Origin: a virus | Lineage: Duplodnaviria; Caudoviricetes | DNA: 35,261 bases | Reading direction: 5' to 3' (one strand) | IMG/VR virus record: IMGVR_UViG_3300042922_001432 | Coordinates: 1 to 35,261 of that record | Part shown: positions 27,077-35,261 of the stretch, one piece after another | Layout of the letters: each line of letters opens with the position of its first letter | Numbering within the stretch: position 1 is the first letter of the stretch | The notes under the pieces: generated by a model | Seen by the model: the letters and a program-made list of their open reading frames with translations, nothing else | What the model was told of the DNA's origin: nothing | The model's database searches: none | Program-made: the position numbers and the translations under genes

Positions 27077-27271
27077 TTACGCGTTGTGTTGTGTTAAATA
27101 TTCGGAGATAAGCATTAAGTGGTTATCCCATAAATCACGAGATCCAGTCTTCCATCTTGATAATACATCAAGTGGAATTTTTTCTTCTAATCTGCTTGCA
27201 ATAAACTTTTGTGACGTACCTGTTGATTCTAAATAGTTAACAAATCGTGTTCTTACTTCTTCTTGTAACAT
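27077..27271 (-). CDS. Small XRE/Cro-like HTH regulator
   Basis: 64 aa with the HTH pattern GTSQKFIASRL...LDVLSRWKTGSRDL. RBS GAAAGGAA. Confidence 0.8.
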   Translation of the reverse strand: MLQEEVRTRFVNYLESTGTSQKFIASRLEEKIPLDVLSRWKTGSRDLWDNHLMLISEYLTQHNA

Positions 27272-27345
27272 AATAATTTTTAATCTTTCCTTTCTTTTTT
27301 ATCAATAATTAATGCAGTATTTATATTTTATTTTTCAGTTTTCTA

Positions 27346-27472
27346 TTTACATTTTAAATAGAGTATGATAAAATTCATCTAGGACGATATTAATATTTAA
27401 TACTCTATCCATATAACACCACAAATACAAATGACTGTAATCCATATATATCAAAGGATACAGTCATTTTTT
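27346..27472 (+). ncRNA. Candidate antisense sRNA unit (promoter 27346-27374, RNA about 27381-27472)
   Basis: TTTACA, 17-nt spacer, TAAAAT with a TG extension. It ends in the hairpin AAATGACTGTAATCC...GGATACAGTCATTTTTTT. Confidence 0.55.
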
Positions 27473-27491
27473 TATTATACAAGCGTGCAAC

Positions 27492-30400
27492 TTATGCTCC
27501 TATTGTTAAAGCGTTCCACTCGACATCAATTGCATTCATTTCAACTATATTGCTATTATCATAAACCTTTCTTCTTATCTTAATATATTTTTTTCCAAGA
27601 ATTTCTATAATATTATTAGCATCATCTCCAACCTCATATTCTTTTAAGGTTTCTATAGTTCCATCCCCTGTACTGACAAAACATTCTAATGTTAATTCAC
27701 TATAGGCAGTATATAACAAGTCCATCATTACGTTTCTCATACTATAAAAATCTTCATCAAAAATTTTATTATTTTCTATATCATCTTTATCAGTAAAGCA
27801 TTTGGCTATAATAAATTGTAATGTTAAAATTTTAGGTCTCTTAATTGTGCTTTTTAGTGTGGTAGCAAAATGATTCATGATTTCATCCCTAGTCATCGAA
27901 GTAGTCTTTTCTTCTTTTGATAGAAACTTTAATGATTTGATTCTGGCATTACATTCAGCTCCAAAAGACTTTATTTTTTGTATATGTTTTCTATCAGCAG
28001 ATTCCCAAACTTCATCCTTAACATTAAGAATTTCAGCCACTGAAGTATAATTTTTCCCTCTAGGATAAGTGCCAAATTCTTCATCTAAAATTGTTTCCAA
28101 AAAATCCATTGAACATTTCATAGAGGTGTAGTTGTAATTTTCAGATTTTTGAGTTGTATATTTAAAAAATGACGGTCTACTAATTGCATCAATTGTTTGT
28201 GATACAATTTCATAAATTTCAGTATTTAATTTATCAATGTCTTTTTGTTTTGTTGCTTTCTCTAATTTAAGTTGTAATGATGTTAATTGGTCATATTTTT
28301 TTGTATTAAAAGACTTTTTAAGTACATTCTTTTTATTTCGTTCAATATACGCTTTCTTTAAAATCTTCATTAATTCATTTGCACTATCTACGCTTAATTC
28401 TTTCTTGGCTTTATCAATCTCTACATTAGACATATTATTACAAGCAGCAATATCTAACATGATTTCTTCAAGTTGTTGCTTTTTCAAATCATAAACTTCT
28501 CTAAACTGTGAATACTTTCTCTTCCTTAATTTTATATTTTCTATATTTTTTATTTTACCAAATATACCTCTACATTTTTCTAAAGAATAATAGGTATCCT
28601 GCCAAATTGAATTTAAAATCTGACTGCAATTTATTACTTGTCCAATATAGTTTTCACTAATCTTTGTATCAACATCCGATATATCATCCAAAGTATAAAA
28701 TTGCTTCTTTTTCTTATCTTCATCAGTTTGAGTAATCATATTGCATGGAATTAAAAAATTTTCATGACAAAATTTTGCTTGTTGGACTAATACGTCATGA
28801 CCACTAATAAGAATGCTATCGCTGTCCATGTCCAAACCTGAGTTCTTTGTATAAAAATTGTTTTTTACACCTGTGATTATTGCAATATTATTGGTCAGAT
28901 TGAACCACTTGTATTCATCATAATATTTATTTTTTACATATCCAATGTTACCACTACATACAACTGGATTTCTAGTCTCAAAAAGCATTTGCTCATTGTC
29001 AAATCTATTACAATATATTTCATATCCACTAGATACAAATAAATCCTGATTAATTGCTTTATATAACATTGTTACAGGATCCGAAACAACAATTGCATAA
29101 TCAGTATCTTTTACAAGTATTTTACCCTTTCTCATTTTTTCTCTGTAATAGCTTAAAGAATCATTTTTCTTATCCCTATAAATTGGAGTATTATTAGCTA
29201 CATCACATACTGCACAAAGATTATCAATCATTTCATTGCTAGATTTATATTGCAAATCTTTTTTGAAATAATTAAACACTACATTATCTGTTCTGATTGC
29301 CTTATAAAATTCAAAATGTTCTTTTACAACTTCTCGAAGCTGCTTTACACTTAACACTAAAGCTTGAATTATTTGATAACTAACTTGATTAAATTTTCCA
29401 AACGGACTTGATTGCTCTGTTTTACAAACACCAAATTTATTTTTAGTTTCATTTAAATCTTTTAACCAAGTACTATAAACTTCTAATTTCTGCTCTTTTT
29501 CTGTATTACCCTTAAATTTTTTATAAAACTTAAAGAATTTAAAAGATGAAGGTGACACTATCCAACGAATATCTGATACTTTTATATCTCTATTAAGCAA
29601 ATCTTTTGTATAGACAGTTTGATAATCATCCCCATATTTTTCTTTCAAAAAATCAATAATTCTAGTATTAAATGCACAAGATTTCACAAGCTTTTGACGC
29701 AGTAATACGCATCCAAAATCTCCGTATTCATTTTCTTGAAAAATACTCTCATCCAGTAAACTTTGTCCATCTGTTATTTGTACATTTTCTTTTATCTTTT
29801 CTTTTTTTGTTACTAATTCATTTCCCACTAATCTACTTACAAGCATTTCATTAGATGGCGCCATTACATTAATATCATCAATTAATAAAATTTGGTTTGG
29901 TTTAATATATATATTATTAGGTAAATTATGAGATAAATCCAGAGATTCATAAGCAAGTATCCCAGCTAAAGCAATTTTATTATCAATTTCTTCTCCTGCT
30001 TCAAATTTAATTCCTAATCTACTCCAACACTCAAATAATTCCTTGCACTCTTTTTTAATATAAAGGACAGAACCACAACGAGACTTTGATCCAGATCGTT
30101 TGTAATAAACATATTCACACCCATTTAAGATAAATCCATTATTAGTAATGAACTTTCTCAATTTTTTCTTTGACATAACGGTTTTTTGCTTATCAACTGT
30201 AGTATTAAATACGTTACCTTTACTGTCTTTTTTATAATTAACTTTTGTTATTACTTCATTATTCTTATTAATGCTTAGTTCCTTATATGGCTCTTTGCAA
30301 GTTACATTCACAATAATATCTGTGTATTGATGTCCAAATGAATCTACTGCAAATTCATTAGGATATTTTTCATATATGTAATCTAAGCAAAGCGAATAAG

Positions 30401-30695
30401 GTATTTTACAACTAAACTTTTTATCCAATAAATATCGTGCTTTACTTACTTTTAATATTGGTGCTTTCTCATATCTTTTCTTTTCTTTCTGTTCCTGTTT
30501 AATTACATGAGTCCTTTTATATCCTTTGTAATCATTAAAATTATATCCTGAATATCCCCATCTATATATATATTCCATATCTAATGACGCTACACTTACA
30601 TCCTTATAAATATCAAATTCACTCTTTATAGTTGTTTCATTTGCCTTAATATGATCAATTTTTATACTTCTTGCGTTAACATTATTTTCTTTCAT
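27492..30695 (-). CDS. YonO-like single-subunit two-barrel RNA polymerase (cellular RdRP homologue)
   Basis: RdRP-family motifs in the expected order: RSGSKSR, TDGQS, LRQKLVK, PSSFKF, SYQIIQAL, KGKILV...SDP, RNP, DMDSD (28832-28818), IGQVIN and EIDKAK. Confidence 0.85.
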   Translation of the reverse strand: MKENNVNARSIKIDHIKANETTIKSEFDIYKDVSVASLDMEYIYRWGYSGYNFNDYKGYKRTHVIKQEQKEKKRYEKAPILKVSKARYLLDKKFSCKIPYSLCLDYIYEKYPNEFAVDSFGHQYTDIIVNVTCKEPYKELSINKNNEVITKVNYKKDSKGNVFNTTVDKQKTVMSKKKLRKFITNNGFILNGCEYVYYKRSGSKSRCGSVLYIKKECKELFECWSRLGIKFEAGEEIDNKIALAGILAYESLDLSHNLPNNIYIKPNQILLIDDINVMAPSNEMLVSRLVGNELVTKKEKIKENVQITDGQSLLDESIFQENEYGDFGCVLLRQKLVKSCAFNTRIIDFLKEKYGDDYQTVYTKDLLNRDIKVSDIRWIVSPSSFKFFKFYKKFKGNTEKEQKLEVYSTWLKDLNETKNKFGVCKTEQSSPFGKFNQVSYQIIQALVLSVKQLREVVKEHFEFYKAIRTDNVVFNYFKKDLQYKSSNEMIDNLCAVCDVANNTPIYRDKKNDSLSYYREKMRKGKILVKDTDYAIVVSDPVTMLYKAINQDLFVSSGYEIYCNRFDNEQMLFETRNPVVCSGNIGYVKNKYYDEYKWFNLTNNIAIITGVKNNFYTKNSGLDMDSDSILISGHDVLVQQAKFCHENFLIPCNMITQTDEDKKKKQFYTLDDISDVDTKISENYIGQVINCSQILNSIWQDTYYSLEKCRGIFGKIKNIENIKLRKRKYSQFREVYDLKKQQLEEIMLDIAACNNMSNVEIDKAKKELSVDSANELMKILKKAYIERNKKNVLKKSFNTKKYDQLTSLQLKLEKATKQKDIDKLNTEIYEIVSQTIDAISRPSFFKYTTQKSENYNYTSMKCSMDFLETILDEEFGTYPRGKNYTSVAEILNVKDEVWESADRKHIQKIKSFGAECNARIKSLKFLSKEEKTTSMTRDEIMNHFATTLKSTIKRPKILTLQFIIAKCFTDKDDIENNKIFDEDFYSMRNVMMDLLYTAYSELTLECFVSTGDGTIETLKEYEVGDDANNIIEILGKKYIKIRRKVYDNSNIVEMNAIDVEWNALTIGA

Positions 30696-30737
30696 ATGTG
30701 TCCCCCTTTTTGGATATTACATAGTTAATAGTTAAAA

Positions 30738-31664
30738 TTATGAGATCAATCTATCAAATTCATCTTCGTCTTGTTTAGTAATCCTTACAACCTTATATTT
30801 ATCAAACACCGTCAAATCTAAACACTCTTTATAAGTAAATCCATTTTCTTTATCCTCAATAGGTTTATACTCAAGAGATTTATTATACTTAATGCAATCA
30901 TCATATAACTCATTAATCAATTGTTGATTATCCTTATATTTTTTACCACCACCAACAAAAGCATTAAATCTAAGTCTTATAGATCTCCTATCTAATTTTG
31001 ATGTGATATCTTCGCACTCAACACCTTCAATATAAATATTAGCTGCAATTATTACTTTATCTTTATCTTTAAATCGACCATATGAATTAATAATATTGTA
31101 GAACGTACCATCTGTTCTACGTTTATTAGGTCGATACACATACAATAACTGTAAATTTTCAAGTTGATTTAAGTAATCATTAATGGTGCTTTTACTTCCA
31201 CCAAAACATTTAATCATATTATCTTGAGACATATGCCATTCTTTAGTTTTATTATTAATCGTACAAACAATATTAACAAAAAAATGTAGCAGATTGAAAG
31301 GTTGATTGGCTTCTTTAAATATTTTCTGTAACTCCCACAATTCAAGCACAGTAAAATTATCTTTTTTAGGATCAACTTTAATCTTAGAATCCCTCCATAA
31401 AATAGCATAAGAATTCTTATCTTCTCCTGCTGTTTTAATTGAATCACTTTTTCTTTTTATAAGGCTACTCATACCATTTTTAATATTATTCCATAATACT
31501 CTATCTGTTTTAGGATTAATAAAACGATTAGTAAGCACATACCCTATCTGTTTTATATCAACATATAAAATATCATGCTTATCTGCCTGTAAGTAATTTA
31601 ATACTAACATTATAACTAACTCATTATTGTTATAATTATTATCTTTATTAATAAATAAACCCAA
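30738..31664 (-). CDS. HTH-containing protein, possible replication initiator or polymerase partner
   Basis: Winged-HTH-like segment SQDNMIKCFGGSKSTINDYLNQLENLQLL. Strong RBS GGAGGAGG with TTG start, 42 nt upstream of the polymerase gene. Confidence 0.6.
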   Translation of the reverse strand: MGLFINKDNNYNNNELVIMLVLNYLQADKHDILYVDIKQIGYVLTNRFINPKTDRVLWNNIKNGMSSLIKRKSDSIKTAGEDKNSYAILWRDSKIKVDPKKDNFTVLELWELQKIFKEANQPFNLLHFFVNIVCTINNKTKEWHMSQDNMIKCFGGSKSTINDYLNQLENLQLLYVYRPNKRRTDGTFYNIINSYGRFKDKDKVIIAANIYIEGVECEDITSKLDRRSIRLRFNAFVGGGKKYKDNQQLINELYDDCIKYNKSLEYKPIEDKENGFTYKECLDLTVFDKYKVVRITKQDEDEFDRLIS

Positions 31665-31980
31665 AATAACCTCCTCCCTTAACTCATGTTAAATTTCAAA
31701 CTTTAGCAAAATCAAAAATACAAAATAGATTTTCGAACTGAACCTCAACGAGGTGCAATTAGTATTTCTTTTAGTATTATTATCTCTTATAGTAGCAGTA
31801 CAGAATATTACACTTTATGTAAAATATTTTTAGGTTAAGTCAAATAATTGTACACAAATTGTATAAATTCGTACTTAGGATACTAAATAATTCTTCACTA
31901 TACTAATACTTTTCTTCGTAGTTGGTTCTAGGGTAGCCGCTTAATAGCGATGACTACCCGTTAACAAACACTATTTACAA

Positions 31981-32220
31981 TTAATTATTCATAGACTTAA
32001 GAAGAGCATCAGCAGTTAGTGCTTTCATTGCATCCGAAAGTAGTCCTTCTTCACTAATTCCAAACTGATTATTTAGTATCATTTGAATACCAGAATAAAT
32101 AGCTTCTTGTGGTATATCAAAAGATATAGCTAAATTAATCAATAATTTTACCTCTGCTTCAGTAACATTAAAATCCTTATATTTTACTGTGATTTTATGT
32201 ATCGTTTCATTATTGTTCAT
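31981..32220 (-). CDS. Hypothetical early protein
   Basis: 79 aa with RBS AGGGGGA. Confidence 0.7.
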   Translation of the reverse strand: MNNNETIHKITVKYKDFNVTEAEVKLLINLAISFDIPQEAIYSGIQMILNNQFGISEEGLLSDAMKALTADALLKSMNN

Positions 32221-32234
32221 ATATGTTAATCCCC

Positions 32235-32570
32235 CTATGCTAGATCTTGAATCAGACTAATTAAGCTACCGTCTATCAGCTCAATTTCAATAGTATCTAC
32301 AGTACATTCATCATCTGGGTGACTACCTGCTCTATAATAATTAGCATTCTTAACATCAGATGATTTAAAATTAATTTGTGTTGGTGAAGCTGTTACTTCA
32401 TTACAATAAAACAAAGAATATGAACCATCTAAATTATCATTTCTTAATTCAAATATATCATCAATTTTCATCGCAAATGATACCTTGTCATTACGATAAT
32501 CAAATGTCATTGTTCCTTCTTTAGATAGTCTAACAGCATGTTCAAGAACAGTTTTAAGTTTGTTTGTCAT
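32235..32570 (-). CDS. Hypothetical early protein
   Basis: 111 aa with RBS GAGGT, abutting the upstream gene. Confidence 0.75.
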   Translation of the reverse strand: MTNKLKTVLEHAVRLSKEGTMTFDYRNDKVSFAMKIDDIFELRNDNLDGSYSLFYCNEVTASPTQINFKSSDVKNANYYRAGSHPDDECTVDTIEIELIDGSLISLIQDLA

Positions 32571-33245
32571 TTACGCTACCTCACTATTAGATGCATCAAT
32601 ATAGAAGTTATCATCTGATAATAAAATTGTTCTATCCTTGCACACTATAACTAATGATGGCTCTTCTTCATTCGGTAAAAATATAGTAATCGCACCTTCA
32701 ACTTCCTTATCTATATTCTCTATAATAGTAAACATCTGACCATCTATAAACTGGCACAATGAATTTGAACTCACTGTAAATCCACATTCACTTAAACAAG
32801 TTTCATTCAATGCATCTGTAATCACAGAATTCCAAAATGAAATTATCCCACGTTCAATATGTTCGTTCCCAGATACAATAAAGTCTAAGTAAGTATTGTA
32901 TACCAATCTAGCTGTGTTTGGTTCTTCCATATAGAAACCATCCATTTTAATTCTGCTGAAAAATCTCTTATCATCAATTTTATGAGTAGTAATAATTATC
33001 GGATCATATTTCATACCATCTGGTTCATTATCATCAGGTTTGTTATACCCTCCAGATACTTCAACGACAATTCCTTGAATATTATTTTCAAGGCAATCCT
33101 TGATATCCTCTAACTTCTTTCTTCTTTCAGAATAATTTTCTACTACAAATGATTGAACATTTTGAACGTCCACTTTTTGTAATACCTTGCCTGCATCAAC
33201 GTCCCTTTTTAATTTTAATAATGATTCCATGTTTAAATTTTTCAT
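32571..33245 (-). CDS. Hypothetical early protein
   Basis: 224 aa with RBS AAGGAGG. Confidence 0.8.
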   Translation of the reverse strand: MKNLNMESLLKLKRDVDAGKVLQKVDVQNVQSFVVENYSERRKKLEDIKDCLENNIQGIVVEVSGGYNKPDDNEPDGMKYDPIIITTHKIDDKRFFSRIKMDGFYMEEPNTARLVYNTYLDFIVSGNEHIERGIISFWNSVITDALNETCLSECGFTVSSNSLCQFIDGQMFTIIENIDKEVEGAITIFLPNEEEPSLVIVCKDRTILLSDDNFYIDASNSEVA

Positions 33246-33267
33246 TCCAATTTCCTCCTTGACTGTA

Positions 33268-33379
33268 TTGACAGCCTTTGTGGAGTAGTATATAATTAAA
33301 TTATATATTTTAGTAACTACATACTACCTAGTTAATTAGGTACACAAGCTTTCTGTGTTAGCGCACATGAAAGTTTTTT
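33268..33379 (+). ncRNA. Candidate antisense sRNA unit (promoter 33268-33296, RNA about 33303-33379)
   Basis: Perfect TTGACA, 17-nt spacer, TATAAT. Internal hairpin TACCTAG-TTAA-TTAGGTA and terminator AAGCTTTCTGTG-TTAGCG-CACATGAAAGTTTTTT; no ORF. Confidence 0.75.
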
Positions 33380-33414
33380 ATTGCTTATTTATATAATAAG
33401 AGATCACTCTCTAA

Positions 33415-33768
33415 TTACCAGTGAATAACAATCTGTCCATCCGAAAACAATAATTCGTAACATTTATTTCTTTTCTTTATATGTAACAAGCTTGTCTCTA
33501 AAAATCCAATCAAAACAGATCCGTTTTCAATAATTGTATCATCTGCATCTCCGCATGCAACAATGCCATCTTCTAACTCCATTTGAAAATTCTCAACTTT
33601 AAACTCTTTTTTTCCATTAATTTTAAAATTCTCAGTAATCCTAAATACTTCTATCCCCTCCCTCCATTTTAACATTTCGATTTCATCAATAAGATCGACG
33701 ACTGTTAAATTAATTGTTGCTACTTGTACTTCATTTGTTTTTGCTTCTTTTAATAATACTTTTTCCAT
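33415..33768 (-). CDS. Hypothetical protein, first gene of early lytic operon
   Basis: RBS AAGGAGAG favours ATG at 33768 (the ORF track uses 33789). Confidence 0.75.
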   Translation of the reverse strand: MEKVLLKEAKTNEVQVATINLTVVDLIDEIEMLKWREGIEVFRITENFKINGKKEFKVENFQMELEDGIVACGDADDTIIENGSVLIGFLETSLLHIKKRNKCYELLFSDGQIVIHW

Positions 33769-33840
33769 AATATGTACTCTCCTTCTCACTTTGTATTTTT
33801 GTTTTAATTGCTTATGCCTTGTCCTTTGCTGTTATGTATA

Positions 33841-33869
33841 ATATTACCACTATAATTTTTATTTGTCAA
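33841..33869 (-). promoter_or_regulatory. Early lytic promoter (divergent from repressor)
   Basis: TTGACA (33869-33864), 17-nt spacer, TAATAT (33846-33841) with a TG extension. Confidence 0.8.
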
Positions 33870-33994
33870 TACAATTCTGTAATTTTATCATTTTTAATAT
33901 TGTAAAGTGTATTATTAGTATTGTAATGCTACTAATTTATATAAATATACATATTGGTATTTTAATACTAATTATAACTTTCTGTATTTTATAT

Positions 33995-34022
33995 TTGCAT
34001 TTTGAATTATTTGTGTTACAAT
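33995..34022 (+). promoter_or_regulatory. Repressor promoter
   Basis: TTGCAT, 16-nt spacer, TACAAT with a TG extension, about 30 nt before ATG 34053. Confidence 0.6.
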
Positions 34023-34052
34023 ACAAATAACAAAACAAATCGAGGTGATAAT

Positions 34053-34676
34053 ATGTTAAAACCAAAATTAATACTAACTGATAATATTCGAGCCTTCATA
34101 TTAGAGGAGAGAAGAAAGACGGGTTTGCCTGCTGAAATTGTGTCCGAAAATATCGGTAGAACCAAATCATGGTTAAGTCAAGTTGAGAATGGAAGATTAA
34201 AAAATATTTCTAGAATAGATTTTATCAATTTAATATCTTATTTATTAAAAATATCTAATGAAGAAGCTGAGACTTATATCGAAAATAAATTAAACTTTCT
34301 TGAAGAAAATAAGTCAGATATCCAGCAACTTACTTTTTTTAACATTGATGATGATAATGAAGCAGAAAAGATTAAGAAAGAATTTAATGAAAATGTTAAT
34401 GTTATAGTACAAAAATTCAATTTGCTTTTTGATAACGTCGAGGATAAAAAACAAGCTTTAAATATAATCAAAAGGATTAAATCTAATATAAAATCTTGTG
34501 ATTTAGGCTTTATTGTTAGTATATATTCATTACCATGGCTTAAAACTACTGGCAGAGAATATGATGAGAAAAATAAAATGATTAAAGATATGATTAATAT
34601 TATCGACGAAAATGCTCTTACCTGTGAAGAGTGTAAAAATTGTAATTCAAAAAAGGATAAAACTATAACTAAATAA
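34053..34676 (+). CDS. XRE-family HTH regulator, probable prophage repressor
   Basis: HTH segment RRKTGLPAEIVSENIGRTKSWLSQVENGR. It is the only large plus-strand gene and is divergent from the lytic operon. RBS GAGGTG favours ATG at 34053. Confidence 0.85.
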   Translation: MLKPKLILTDNIRAFILEERRKTGLPAEIVSENIGRTKSWLSQVENGRLKNISRIDFINLISYLLKISNEEAETYIENKLNFLEENKSDIQQLTFFNIDDDNEAEKIKKEFNENVNVIVQKFNLLFDNVEDKKQALNIIKRIKSNIKSCDLGFIVSIYSLPWLKTTGREYDEKNKMIKDMINIIDENALTCEECKNCNSKKDKTITK

Positions 34677-34682
34677 CACAAC

Positions 34683-34722
34683 AAAAAAAGACCATTCTCA
34701 ATTTCGAGCTGGTCTTTGTTTT
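34683..34722. terminator. Bidirectional terminator
   Basis: AAAAAAAGACCA...TGGTCTTTGTTTT between convergent genes. Confidence 0.7.
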
Positions 34723-34729
34723 ATCAATA

Positions 34730-34921
34730 CTAATTTTCTGGGTATTTACTTATATATACAGATATTGTTTTTGTATCGATGTTATATTTGCATCCACAAT
34801 AATTTTTTATTTTTGAAGCCATTGCAATTGCGTCATAAAATTTCTCCATATTAGCTTTTCTTTCTTCATCTGAAATATCAGTAGCAATATTTACAAAATT
34901 AAGTTTTGTTTGTTTTTTAAT
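34730..34921 (-). CDS. Putative 63-aa protein with ATT start
   Basis: RBS AAGGTGGTG, an in-frame TAA, then ATT: IKKQTKLNFVNIATDISDEERKANMEKFYDAIAMASKIKNYCGCKYNIDTKTISVYISKYPEN*. Confidence 0.45.
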   Translation of the reverse strand: MKKQTKLNFVNIATDISDEERKANMEKFYDAIAMASKIKNYCGCKYNIDTKTISVYISKYPEN

Positions 34922-34940
34922 TTATAACACCACCTTATTG

Positions 34941-35045
34941 TTATGCTCTTTTGCCAATGAAGATTTTAGGAAAACCTTGGGAATTCACAAGGGTATAAGC
35001 CCTGTTTATCTGTTAAATGTCTTTCACCTTGAACAATCTGTCTAC
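34941..35045 (-). pseudogene. Degenerate excisionase-like (HTH_17) remnant
   Basis: Translates as VDRLFKVKDI*QINRAYTLVNSQGFPKIFIGKRA*, which aligns by eye to INQCYTLINTDQFPIKHIGKK of the neighbouring gene. Confidence 0.65.
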
Positions 35046-35081
35046 CTTTAAATTACCATACCTTATTCCTTATTTAATATA

Positions 35082-35261
35082 TTATAATTTTTCTTTCTTA
35101 TTTAACCATTCTTTGAAAGGTTTGACAGGAATTACTATTTTTTTACCTATGTGTTTTATAGGAAATTGATCAGTATTAATTAGGGTATAACATTGATTAA
35201 TACCAATACCTAACAATTCTTTTAATTCTTTTACTGTATATATTACCTTTTCATCTTCCAT
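35082..35261 (-). CDS. Second excisionase-like HTH_17 protein (59 aa)
   Basis: Hand translation MEDEKVIYTVKELKELLGIGINQCYTLINTDQFPIKHIGKKIVIPVKPFKEWLNKKEKL*. It starts at the last base of the window. Confidence 0.8.
   Translation of the reverse strand: MEDEKVIYTVKELKELLGIGINQCYTLINTDQFPIKHIGKKIVIPVKPFKEWLNKKEKL

Larger units (their letters stand above)
1..35261. mobile_element. Temperate siphovirus-type prophage (att sites not identified)
   Basis: Integrase, repressor, packaging, head, non-contractile tail and lysis genes in modular order. Confidence 0.95.

Noticed and set aside
932-34684. Numerous antisense or nested ORFs in the track (e.g. 932-1225, 5285-5800, 13876-14421, 20330-20731, 26244-26651, 31214-31447, 34274-34684)
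   Set aside because: They are shadows of well-supported genes, with biased composition and no RBS support.
1-35261. attL/attR direct repeats, tRNA genes, arbitrium (aimR/aimP) genes
   Set aside because: None was recognised. The window is trimmed to gene boundaries, so att sites probably lie outside it.

Overview
The window is an apparently near-complete, low-GC temperate siphophage (prophage) of a Clostridia-like host, with almost all genes on the minus strand. Read right to left it carries: excisionase-like genes, a divergent XRE repressor and early hypotheticals; an HTH protein followed by a 1067-aa YonO-like two-barrel RNA polymerase (cellular-RdRP family, DMDSD motif); an XRE gene, a GIY-YIG protein and two moron genes; the HNH/terminase/portal/Clp protease/HK97 capsid head module; the tail module with a -1 frameshift chaperone; a DUF3800 moron; an M23-LysM-phosphodiester-glycosidase lysin, a BppU tail fibre, holin, excisionase and tyrosine integrase. 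Four observations stand out. (1) The DUF3800 RNase H-like gene is followed by two diverged copies of a 65-nt structured RNA core with compensatory base changes, one with its own near-consensus sigma-A promoter and a terminator; this is a candidate protein-ncRNA system. (2) The single-subunit polymerase sits where the replication module should be, and no helicase, primase or SSB is recognisable. (3) Three antisense sigma-A promoters lie in early-gene leaders, two of them with their own terminators. (4) A 19-bp RNA hairpin displays a perfect anti-Shine-Dalgarno loop. All family calls come from motif recognition by eye; no searches were run.
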